Below, piece by piece: positions 51,076-62,789 of a stretch of DNA of 64,000 nt. The notes below the pieces were generated by a model that worked only from the letters and a program-made list of their open reading frames with translations, ran no database searches and was not told the origin of the DNA. Numbering within the stretch: the stretch's first letter is position 1; every line of letters starts with the position of its first letter. Position numbers and translations under genes: made by a program. The DNA is from Paramecium tetraurelia (taxonomy: Eukaryota), in NCBI GenBank assembly GCA_000165425.1, contig CT868263.1:186001-250000 (forward strand), in the 5' to 3' direction.

Positions 51076-53471
51076 TCAGTCTGGCAAACAAAATATAAAA
51101 ACTAGTGTGTTTAAAAATGCTTCTGCTTAAGTTTAGTAAGATTAGTAAGGTATTATCTGAAACAACGCTGTTTGATTAGGGAATACAATTATTTTCAGTA
51201 AGAATTCTATTTACGGATTGCCTAATGTAAATGCTAACCCAAATTCAGTCTCAACATAATCTTTATCGGCTAAAATCTAGAAAATTATGTACCTTCGCTC
51301 AAAAATTCATCATTCAATCTTATGATATTATTTGATCCAAAACTTTTTAAAAAATCATCTTTTGATTTTATGATTTTAGGATTTAGACGTACTTACTCTG
51401 TCTTCAATATGCTTTTGGATTTGTACTCCCATCTAGCCTTGAACGAATCTATAGTTGTATCTCTAAAACTCATAAATTTAGTTAACAAACAAGGAATAGC
51501 AAAATGACATGTTCTTTTATCCTCTTCATCTGCTATTTCGTAACTAAATCTTCCTGAAATTAATTAATAAGGAACACGATTATAGTTAATGCATATCGGA
51601 ACATACAACTATTAACTTGGGTTCAATATCAGTCTTCCCATTTAATCTCTTAATAATGTTTGACTATTTTGATGGACTGGTTCCTATGTCCATAGACCCA
51701 TACAAGTGTCTCCTTCGAATGAATATTGGAAATTCTACAATATTGTTGATGTTTTATTTCCAAAACACAAACGAATTCTTAAATAATAACGATTTGTTAT
51801 CTCGTGATAAACTAAATTGGAATCAAATCCAATTTGGATTTCTCGAGATTCAAATATGGAATATCTGTTCCTCAAGTTTGCTCTTTTTATTCTACTGATT
51901 CCGTTATTATTATAAATCTCTTCTAATATTGAGAAATTCCTATCATCATAAGGTATAAATTGCCCTTCATAGACCTTAGATACAAATCCCTATTGCCCTC
52001 TCAGATTGAAATCCTTCCCTGAAAACTAAGAACTCTAACTCCTATTATCATAGTGATCCTCAAATTAACCTTTATTTGGGCTTTAAAAATGCTCTTGTGA
52101 TCTGGTTATGGGTAGTTTTTTAAAAGGAGGAGGAGGAGGAGAGGGTTGCCTATACTTTTCTGGTTGTTAATAAGGCTGGTTCTATTATTTAGTCTATTAA
52201 TAATGTTATGGCTATTGTGTTCTAACATATGGATAGCTTTATTATAATGGAGGTTAATAAGCAGGTTGATGAACTTATTTTTAAATTTCAGGTTCTTTTC
52301 TTATAGGCTATTGTTAGGTCTGGGGCTATCTCTTGTCTGCATATTGTGGTGGTTTTGGAATCTATTATTATTATTATACTCTTTAATCAGGTTATGTATT
52401 CGTTTATTATTATTAAGGTTATTTTTAAGTAGGTTTGCTGCCATAATTTGCTGGGGGTTTTGGTTTTTCAGATCCTGTAATTTCTCTTGTTGCTTATAGG
52501 ACTTCATAACGAAAGATCTAATAGTTGTCATTGGTAAATCCTTCTGCACGCATGTTTTTGTTTGCTTCAATTAAAGTTGTAATTATTTTATATCTATAGC
52601 CAATCTGTTTTCTTTGGCCTTCCCCTAATTAATTTTGATTAGCCTGCAATAATTCCAAATTGGGTTTTAATTTCTCTGCATCGTTACAGGCATTTTCCAT
52701 CACTAAAATAAACTAACAATTTACATTAATCCATAATTTCCGTTGCTTAATCTTCGCCTTTTAAATTTTGTTCCAAACTCTCCACCAAATCATTAGTTTG
52801 AGTAAACATTTCTTGATACATTTTTTTCAGTTCATCTAGACTAATATCATTCATGTTGATTTTTTATTTTTATTATTCAGTTGGCATACTATAACTTTTT
52901 AATTTCTCCTTTTTGTTCTTCAGTTAACTCAAACAGTTATAATTCAATTTTTGGTTTGAAACCTTGATTGCACAACTTTTCAAGAAGCTTTGCGAATATT
53001 GTTGGATTGCCCTTCTAATCGGCAGCATACTTTGTTCCCCAATATGAAATGCATTCCATCAAAATATCATAGAAACTCTGACTAAAGCTTGGATCTATTA
53101 TTTGATGCAATTCACTTTACCTTCTTTAGCCCCAAATATCTTATATGCTCTCTCCTCATATGGTTTATCTTTGTCACATAATGCAAGTTCTCCAAATATA
53201 TCAAAGAGATTCTTAGCCTTAATGAAACTGTTGATGAATAGTTATTTCTTACTAAATAACATAATCAGCTTGATTCTTTGATTAAAGATATTACTTTCAT
53301 TGCAAAATATTTCTATTTCGATTGTCCTTGTTGTGCGAATAAATCTTAAATTCTTTCCACCACTAGTTTGAAATTGCTAACTTCATTTTCACTCTTTAGC
53401 TTGTCTACCAAATTTTAAAGGGCATCCTCTCCTAAAAAACCTTCCATTATTTCTTCATTTGTAACAACCAT
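51076..53471 (-). CDS. VHS-like + coiled/GAT-like + Q/P-rich hinge + alpha-adaptin appendage protein (GGA-like adaptor)
   Basis: N-term ...ILMECISYWGTKY...FAKLLEKLCNQGF (VHS-type last helices). Q/P-rich linker. C-term SIFESREIQIGF...RIRLCFGNKTS...AIPCLLTKFM...SFKARW matches the alpha-adaptin ear pattern. Confidence 0.72.
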
Positions 53472-54161
53472 TATAAAATCAAATTATTAATAGAATTTTT
53501 TATGAGTTTTGCAGATTGTAATTCCTAACCACTCTCAATTATTTAATGTCATCCACATTAAAATTATATATAATGGAGAGATCATAGCCATTTTTCATAA
53601 TTGGTGAACATTAATCACTTAAAAATTCTAAGAATTGTAAATGATTATGGCAAATAAATTATTATGCATTTAATAATGATTTATTGCAAAGCTATGATTT
53701 GATTAAATTATTTTTGGAATAGTCTTTATTATACTTATTACACAAAAGATTTTAATAGACGGCATTGTTATTATTTAAAATGCTTTAACCCCATTCTATT
53801 TGTTTTTTATTTAATCCTTTCCTATAAGCCACTTTGATTTTTGATATTCAAATTTAAATAAACAATTCTATTACATTGTTGTTATTGAAATTTGTCTTTC
53901 AGAAATCTTTTAATAAACTTTCATTTTAAGAGCAATATTTTAATACTAAAATTTTTCAATTTAAAAATACTAGAGTTAAACTACCTTCCTGTAAATGAAT
54001 AGTGAATACTTTTTGAGAATTCAATTGATTTATGATTTCTTACTGTTATTCTAAAATTGGTAGAAAAGAAAAGATTTGAGTTAAAATTATCAAGTTTTGT
54101 GAATGCTGAATGGATATTTACAAATACTTAGAATATCATATAATTATTTATTTAATTATTT

Positions 54162-55038
54162 ATGCCAATCATATAGGGAAAAGCAAAATTGTGGCACCCA
54201 ACACAAGAGGAATAAGTAATATTTTGATGTATATTAAAAGGATGCATATGATGACAGAATGATTGCAAATATTGAATTGAAATCATTGGACTTTGATGAT
54301 GAAAACTTTTCACCAGTTTTCAATAGAAGCAAGAAAGAATTCTTTTTAGCACATAGCGAGAAATACAAGAAGGATTTATCAAAAGTAATTACAATTATTA
54401 GATTAATTTAGTTGGCAAGACCATTCACATCATATTCATGCGAAGAATTTGTTAACAAATATATTTACATTAAACCAAATCATACTTATTGGAGAGAATG
54501 GACATTGACTAAATGGGTGTCAGGATTTGGATTAGGATATTTAGTTTTGAGAGAAGTAAATACTTATCATAACAATAAATTAGTTACCACTCCGTAATTT
54601 CTATGCAAGAGTATTTGTCATGTGGATCTTCTTGGCTAAGTTGAGTGATCATTTTACCTCTATTTTGCCCTATCATGGTAAAATGGTGATATCAATACAA
54701 AAAGATAGATTTACAAAGTAAATCAGAATTCATATGAATATAGCAAAGATATTAATCAATATCACAATGTATGCAGTGCATTGCATTTCTTGGAAATGCC
54801 TACCTTCTAAAACAGAATATCAGAATCTCTAGCTTGGAGAGCCAGACAACCAGCTCACTTGTTATACAACGACACAAATTGGTGTTTACACATTCTTAAG
54901 AGGTGGCATGGTCGCCCAACTCACATTGCACATTGGGTATACTTATTATATATATTTAAGGATGGAACATTCAATCAACCCTTAGAAAGACTTGCAGACC
55001 CATATCATAAGGATGCTCACTTCATCCATTGGATTTGA
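54162..55038 (+). CDS. ATPTT6: ciliate-specific mitochondrial ATP synthase subunit, ATPTT6 ortholog
   Basis: Spliced product (5 tiny introns) MPIIQGKAKLWHPTQEEQDAYDDRMIANIELKSLDFDDENFSPVFNR...LRELPLRNFYARVFVM...HWDGTFNQP..RLADP matches Tetrahymena ATPTT6 as I recall it. Confidence 0.8.
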
Positions 55039-55160
55039 GTAATTTCACATACAAATATATATATATGGATAGACAATAGTTTAAATATTTATCATTTTAA
55101 CAATGCATCATTTTCACAGAATACCATAATAGATAAATTTAAATATGTTTACTATACACT

Positions 55161-55530
55161 TCACAATTCAATTGAACGTCCTCTTTGTGATGATTGTTAT
55201 TATTCAAATCCTTAAGCAGCAGCCAAACGAGGATATTGTTAACTTTCCTTTATTCTTTGATCTCTGCTCTTTTTCCAAAATAGTAAGCCTACTGCTATCA
55301 AAAGATAGAGCTTAAATATTTATTTGAATTATTACACAAGATGCTATAATACAAGCTGTCGCACTTGGTTTTTTATCAGGTTATTTATCAACAGTTGCTA
55401 CAGCATAGGGATAAAGAGGGTATTAAGTATCAACCACTAAGAACAAAATGAACTAATGTTTAGATTAAAATCATACGAATACTGCACTTGCTAGAAAACT
55501 GTTTACTACCCAAAATTCCAAACAACCCAT
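55161..55530 (-). CDS. small 2-TM protein, RNASEK / V-ATPase V0 subunit f-like
   Basis: Two introns (24, 25 nt). MGCLEFWVVNSFLASAVFFILFLVV...SATACIIASCLYLLIAVGLLFW resembles RNASEK TM2 VSYNCFIAAGLYLLLGGF. Confidence 0.6.
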
Positions 55531-55567
55531 TAATTATATATATTAATTTATTGTATAATCTTAATAA

Positions 55568-57652
55568 ATGAGTGCAAGTGTAGCAGATAATGCTTCAGAA
55601 AGGGAAATGATTGATTTTTCAGAAGATGAGCATTTGAGTTTCTTTTATAATATTGATCAAGTAAAATGATTATCAAAAAATAGATATATACTGAATTACC
55701 AGGAGTTATATCTAATTATGGAACCTTTGCATAGTCTTTATAGATTTGCAGACAATTGAGTAATTAGATTATCAGGAACTCAATTGCCGAAGCATAAGAG
55801 AGAGTATATATATACTATTTACATAAATCAGTTCATTTTAAGAAATATTCCTATTAACGCAATAAATGAATTATAGGCTCAAACTAATTTAATATTGAAT
55901 TGCAATTTAAATGATGGAGGTATCGAAGAGGAAACTTGTCAATTAGATGAAGATTACGAACCAGTAATAAACATTAATTTATCTAGGAACCAATTTATAG
56001 TGATAGATGGAGAAGGAATAGAGTTTTAGTTATGCAGGGTAATTTTAATATTTAGATATCTTATTTTTATAGAAGTAGAGAGTTAAGAAAAAGAAGATAT
56101 AGATGAAAAATTGAACAATGATAATAGCAAATCTATTTCGAAATCAAAATTATTTGATACTAGAAAAAATACAGTTAGACTTCCTACTACTCCTCCTGCT
56201 CCGAATTAAATGGGGGCTAAGTTAATCTAAGTTTATCAAGAAGAATTTGAGGATGAATTTGAAGATAAACTTAGAAATGCTAAATTGTACGAGATGAAGA
56301 AGAAGAATGAAATCGAATAAAAAAAGAAAGAAGATAAATTATAAAGCCAAGTATAACTATTTACTAACAAAAGTAGATAGAAAAGAAGGATGGGGCCACT
56401 TAAAAATATACTTATGATTTTGATGGGAAAATTATATTGGCTAGAGCAATTAAAATGGATAAATTATAGCCTACCAATCAAAAATTGAGAGTTGAGTTGA
56501 AAGAATAAACTAGATAAGATCAATAACCAAGTGTAAAGAAGGGAGGAAGAAGGGACTCAACCAAAATCAACAGACCATAATGTCCAGAATAGGAAATACC
56601 TAATAGAGTATCTAATTAAGATATAAGGTTATATAAGAACGGAGGGATGCTGCAAAAGAAGTAATCGGAGACAAAGCATTAAGAATTGATAAAACTTCTT
56701 AATTTCCTTATGAAGTATTTACAATGAATAATGGAGTAAAATTATATTATGAGCAAAAAATGAAAGAAGGGGTAAGACATTAAATTAGTGATTCAGCTGA
56801 AAATTTGTAAATTAAATTATCAGGTTCTAATTTAGTATCTGGAGATGACGCAGCATAATTTGCATCATAAATTAGATTAACAAAGGCAGAATACTAATTG
56901 ATAACAGACGCTCAAACCTTACAATAAACTAGATAATAATTCCTACCATCTGAAAACATTAATATTCCTGAACATGACTAGTAAGTCACTCAACAATCCA
57001 TTTTATTAAAAAAAAATAAGGCTAACCTTAGCAATCCTAATCATCTTACTGACTCTAAATAAGTCTAATTTAATGCTGGAATTTCATAGTTAAATCCATT
57101 CAAAAGAGAAAGTCCAATACTATAATCTGCCCAAACTGAAAGAATCTAACTTAAGAATGTTAAAATGATTGAAAATCTAATAGTCACTGGTGTTCCTGAT
57201 ACACCTAAATCATCAAAACCTGATTAACCACCTACATCTCTCCCTGATAATGCTTCTACGTATAATTCCTAAATTAATAGAGTAATCCAATCGATCTCTT
57301 CAATTAATAATTGCTAACCCAAAAGGAATGGGGTAAACAAGGTGGAGGCAAAACATCTTACTTTCCTCCAGTTAAACAATAGAAGAGATCTTTAGAAACT
57401 AAAGCATACAAAGGCTCATTAGAACAAATGTAATTGAATTCAAAATGAAATAGGTACAAAATGCCAAGGGAGCGATTAGTTGCTTAAACTGGAAGAACAG
57501 CGATGAACTTTTATAAATAAAACTCTGATGGTATATATATTCTTATTATGGGTTTTTCAGGAGCAAAGAAAATTGGGAAGTCAGTCAGTGATGGATTTAT
57601 GCAAACATTTTATACGACTCATACAAAATTCAGCGAAAAACTTAGATAATGA
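55568..57652 (+). CDS. hypothetical protein
   Basis: MSASVADNASERE..., multi-intron code-6 ORF with YTYDFDGKII and NNGVKLYYE patches, ends FSEKLRQ-TGA. Confidence 0.72.
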
Positions 57653-57723
57653 TTTTATATTATTAATCTTAATATGAGCATTTCGATGTCTATAATTACT
57701 GATTGTTAAATTATTTCATATGA

Positions 57724-59241
57724 TCAAATTAATTAACAGATCTAAGAACTTTGACAGCAAGGGTTGCGTCCTTGACGTTAAATAACTAGATTTGAACTCA
57801 TTTATAGTTCTGAATTGCTCCAATTTTCTGATTCCAATCTTTGCAAATCCTTAGGCTTTATTGTTGTTGATTGTAATGGAGCAGAATCAATACCTTTGTA
57901 ATAATTCTGGTAAGAAATTTAAAACTGAGAATCCGGAGGCTTGAAATTTAATTTGGTATTTTTACATCTTCAACTATGTTGCTTAAAGAATCAGCATATT
58001 CTATTAAGTGACTTTCAGATACAATACAATGTCTTTCTAATTAGGTTAACAAATATTTTTAGATTAAATGTGACATAAATCTAATTAAAAATTTAAGAAA
58101 TAATCAAATTTTCAACTAAAAAACAACTTCTTGTTCCTCATTGTAAACTTAGAGAAAAAGTTAACTACTTTGACTACTTTCATTTCGATTTCTTTAGATG
58201 ATCCTTTAGGATTTAGAGCCATTTTCATCTGTATTACTTATAATTGTCTTGACTTCATCTTTTCTATCTTTTTTCACAATTTTCTCTGGTGAAAGATTTT
58301 TTGGAGGCCTAAATAAAATTTGATCTGTTTACCAAAAATTAGTTTAAACTTCATTTTAAAAACCCAAAAATTTAGTTTCTAACTGATTTTGTTCTATTTA
58401 ATTGGTTAGTTGATAGAGATCTTTTTTTTAAAGAAAGATTATTTTATCTTGTGATTCAGGTTTTAAGATTTAGATTAATCTATTAAACAAGCAATTATAA
58501 ATTTCTTCAATGATATATATCTTATGAATTCTTCCATAATAATTATATTCACAACTCTTCACAAAATCCATCAATTCATTTGTTAAAAGATGCGACAATT
58601 GCATAAGATTTCCCATATCTATCAAAATTATTATTGACTCAACATAATAAGATATTAAAACATCTCTAATTAGCATATTGAATAAATAATCAAAACCATT
58701 TCTAAAATCTTAAAGTTTGTACTTAACAAATATCATACAAATGTTACTTTCAGAGCTTTAAGTAAGTTTATTACGATGATTGGTCTAAAACTCTTGTCAT
58801 GTCCATGTATGTAAACTGCCCCATTTAACTGTAGATCAAATAAAAATATACCACAACATCATTTGGATTATGTGATAAATTGATCTTGTTTCTCCAACTA
58901 AGGTGTTCATTCAAAGCCTTCATTATTATATCTGTATATAGTACTTGAATGGTGCTGGAAATCTCATAATCGCAATAAGCTAGGATTCTTAAGTAATCAC
59001 TATCTTACCATCTATCCTAATATTATTTTAAATACTCTCTGGGTAATCTCAATGGTGCAAAGTTAACCAGGGCTAACTTTAAATTTTTAAGCTACTCTTT
59101 TTCCTGAGGCTCCATTTCAATGTTCTCGAATATTTTTCTCTCAATCTTCCCTGAAACTATAACCTTATCAGCTTAATTTTATAAAAAAAGTTACATACAT
59201 CCAGGTTCAATTAGTTTTTCTTTTTTTAAATAGCCAATCAT
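57724..59241 (-). CDS. CRAL-TRIO / Sec14-like lipid-binding protein with C-terminal CaaX
   Basis: WQDSDYLRILAYCDY, HLSWR, GAVYIHGHDKSFRPIIVIN, YNYYGRIHKIYII. Ends NPCCQSSQICQLI-TGA. Confidence 0.85.
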
Positions 59242-59247
59242 ATTATT

Positions 59248-59845
59248 ATGTAAATTAATTAAGCTCTCCCAATACATTGTGCTTATTGTTTTGATGTCCT
59301 GATTGCATCTTTACAAAAAAAGGAAGTGCCAAAACCAACCTTCTAAGAATTCGACGTCCCTGTCTTTGTGACTTTCCATGCAAACAAGGAAGATTTGAGA
59401 GGGTGCATTGGAACATTTTCTCCTGGTCCCCTAGCTCAACAATTAGCAAAATATACTTATATGTCAGCCTTTAAGGATAGCAGGTTCCCTCCAATACAGA
59501 CAAAAGAATTGGATACACTAGATGTTGGAGTGAGCTTGTTAATCAACTTTTAGAAAGGAAAGAAATGGAATCAATGGGAAGTGGGGAAACACGGAATTAT
59601 TATTGATTTCTCAGAAGGGGGCAGAGGTAAAACTTATCTATTTCATTTTAGAATATGGTGCTACTTTTTTACCTGAAGTAGCAGCCGAATAAGAATGGGA
59701 TATCAATACTACATTGGAACATTTGATTGCAAAAGCAGGATACAGAAAGAATTACTAAAATGTGTTAGATAAGATTGATTTGACCACTTACGAAACTTCA
59801 AAAGCTAAATTGACTTATGCTGAATATTTAGAATTGAAGAAATGA
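59248..59845 (+). CDS. AMMECR1: AMMECR1-domain protein
   Basis: HCAYCFDVL, signature LRGCIGTF, SAFKDSRFPPI, WEVGKHGIII, YGATFLPEVAAEQEW. One intron. Confidence 0.95.
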
Positions 59846-60158
59846 TCAATATATATAAATTATCATTCAGGATTTTATAATATAACATTTATTCCCAGGT
59901 GGTTAGCGAAGGAATCGATTCAAAGGAGCCAGAGTAGTTACTGGCAATGTTCAAAACATCTACATCAAGGGGTTGAATACAGACTTGAATTTCAAATATT
60001 CAATTCGAAAAATTTAATAATATTCTTGGTAAACACTATGAATTTGTAATAAGAAGAGAATACGATCGATTTAGAAAAGCCTTTAAAAAACTCTATCCAT
60101 GAAATAGACCAATATCATTAATAATAACAAAGTTTGTATTTCTGATTTTATAATAAAA

Positions 60159-60460
60159 TCATGGTTTTTTACGAGGATTTCTTTTAGCTAAGGCCGCTTA
60201 GGTTTCATCCTTTTTCAATCTTAAGAATTTCTCCAGCACTACTTTATCATCTAATTTCAATTATTCAAAATGACTCTACACCTTTTATTCCAATGTTAAT
60301 GTGCTATTTTAATCTAGGAATGGCTGCTCTTTCTAATAAAATGTCTAATTAGCTTGATAGCTAAAAGTTTTACTTGATATCTCTATAATGATCCTTAGGA
60401 TAGTTTTGATATATTGAAAAACATTGGGGCTTCTCGTATAGGCTATTATTATTCATTCAT
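60159..60460 (-). CDS. SAP30 Sin3-binding-domain microprotein
   Basis: FNISKLSQGSLQRYQTFY...LEQKVQSHFEQLKLDDKVVLEKFL matches the SAP30 SID pattern (DLxxLxxxxLRRY...VxxHF...ExxxLxxF). 29-nt intron. Confidence 0.72.
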
Positions 60461-61133
60461 TTTTAATTTATTTATTAAATTCAATATAACAAAACACTCA
60501 ATTTCATAAACCATTTCATCCAAATCTGATTGATCTTATAGAAAGCATCACTACGAAAGATACTTAAAAATAGATGATTCTCATCATTAATTTTTGACAA
60601 ACATAAAAATCTAAACGTGCCATCATGAAAATGATGTTCATTATATTATTTAATACCTAAGATTGAAATAATATGACGAATAAGAATTTAAAATAATACT
60701 TATTCTTTTTAGATCATGCATTCTAATGAGGAGTTAAATGATGTAAATATTTCTATGTATTTCAGTATAAATTTGTAAATGGTCGCTAAAATATTAAAAA
60801 ATAAGATAGTTTTATTATTATAGAATTTGAGTCATCATTAATCTATAAAGCAATTAGCTCAGAGTGTGATTTAAGTTTAGATATAATTTTTATATCTCAA
60901 AGATTAAGATCTCAAGGTATCTACCATGTATAAAACTTGATTTCAACAGAACAAGAACTTAATAATATTTATGTAATCTATATATTTGTTAAATTAACGG
61001 ACTCTCAATGTGAAAATAGTTGTTTAGTGTCCAATACAAGGGACTAAGCAGAAGATGAAATAAGAGAAGGATTGATTAGATTATACAAAAGTTTGGGGGA
61101 TGAGATATGCAGAAGTGAATTTATGATATAGGA

Positions 61134-61376
61134 TCAAATGATGATACATCCGCAGGATTATTTAGCGTCTTTTAAGGGTTCTTCAACATTATATTCTTTC
61201 CAGTTCTCAATTTCATGCACTTAAGTCAGAGATTATTATTTGTCTATCTCATCTATAAATACAATTCTATGTTTTTTTGATCCTTGAGCAATTATATTCT
61301 TGAATTTATCACATCTTTAAGAGGTCTGGCTATCTTTTTTGGATGCTTTTAAAATACCAGATATTTGAGTATCCAT
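61134..61376 (-). CDS. 80-aa protein with SILK-like and RVxF-like motifs and CaaX box
   Basis: Intronless: MDTQISGILKASKK...KKHRIVFIDEI...EIENWKEYN...SCGCIII-TGA. Confidence 0.8.
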
Positions 61377-61420
61377 CAAATAATTAATATTAATAATGAT
61401 CATATTTGTAATAAAAATAC

Positions 61421-62642
61421 TCAGCTGCTTTATTAGTTCTCTTCCTACACTTATTATTATTCTGGGGCTTGGTTATCTTAGGGTTGATTTACATGAATTT
61501 CTTCTTCTTATTATACTTATTGTAATTATTCTTATTAAGCTTCTTGATTTTGATTTTCAGGTTCTTCATTTCCATTTTCTAATGGGGCTTGTTATGGTTA
61601 TTCTTCTTCCTATTTCTATTCTTCTTATTTGGGAGGAATTTGTGGTACATGAACATCTTGAACATCTTGAACACCTTAGAATGGGAATGAGGATTACTAT
61701 TATGAGACTTACTCCATTCTTTGTTTCAATTCTTCATTACTCATGGGACCTTGCATAATGAGTTATTCCATGATGGATTGATATTTCATATCTAGTTATT
61801 TCATTTTGACATTGAAACTGCTATTTTGTTATTGACTGTAGACTTGAGTGGCATATTGTAAGATTTTGCTTCCTGGATCTTCGAATTTATTTAATCCATA
61901 TTATTCTAGGATATCCTTTCTAGTATGAGTAATAGCTTTTACTTAGAACTATCCATTTTGAGGGATTGCATGATTTCCATCATTTTGGGGCTTTAGAAAT
62001 TGATTTGTTCGCCTCTGTCTTGGAATTCAAGCAATTTTTCATTCAATTTCAAGGCACTTTCAGTCATGACCTTTTCTAGGATTTCAAAAGTTGTATCGGC
62101 AGTAAGAAAGGCTGGGATATCAGTTTTAGGATCTGGAGATTAGCCTGAAAAGGATCTATCAAAGGATTCCTTCATTTGCTTTTATAACTCTTTGACACTA
62201 GGGTCATCGCGATAGATATGTTGGCAATAGTGCTCGAATTACTACTTGGTAATTCTGAATTGGGTATAGACCATCTCTTCGACTTATTCTATTTCTCCTC
62301 TAAACATAGCTAAATTAGACATTGAAGTCTTACGTTGTTCTAAGAGCATCATCTTAATGTCTTCAGGTCTGGCTCTGCCCATGGATTGTTGTTTGATGTT
62401 AACGGCGACAGCTGCAAAATTTTGAAACACACTGAACAGCTCCTTCTTCAATTCCTTCAAGACTTTGATGATGACTTCCCTATCAATGACTTGAGGATCA
62501 ATAGTTGAGTTTCTATTTGATATTTAAAGCTGAGATACGTATCGGGTTTCTTCAGAAATTTTAGAAGTAGAACACTGGCTCCAGTCAAGACCGCTGCTCC
62601 TGTGAGTAATGTGAATATATTTCTGTTCTATACTAGACTCAT
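61421..62642 (-). CDS. hypothetical protein with N-terminal signal-anchor and acidic/Gln-rich tail
   Basis: MSLVQNRNIFTLLTGAAVLTGASVLLLKFLKK, helical middle, E/Q-rich tail ending EENQQSS-TGA. Tiny introns present. Confidence 0.75.
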
Positions 62643-62789
62643 TTCACCACAAATTTAATAATTAATTATTTTATTAAAATAAAGATGTAGCCAGTTGAAT
62701 TTGAGGAAATGCCCAAGACATTCAAATAGAACAATAGAAGAGATGAATAATAATATAAATGGATGAATATTAATATTAATAATAATGAA

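Noticed and set aside
52266..52499. Leu-rich plus-strand ORF that looks like a membrane peptide
   Set aside because: It is antisense to the Q/P-rich hinge of the VHS/alpha-ear gene.
59893..59960. tRNA-like look of CCCAGGTGGTTAGCGAAGG...
   Set aside because: No GTTCGA T-loop (B box) and no cloverleaf pairing found.
59965..59990. Minus-strand CTGTATTCAACCCC resembling the Tetrahymena telomerase RNA template region
   Set aside because: The TGTCA boundary element is imperfect, the repeat continues TT rather than AA so there is no alignment region, and I see no supporting structure. Probably chance.
61396..61758. 120-aa hydrophobic plus-strand ORF with HLEHLEHL
   Set aside because: It is antisense to the acidic tail of the gene at 61421-62642.
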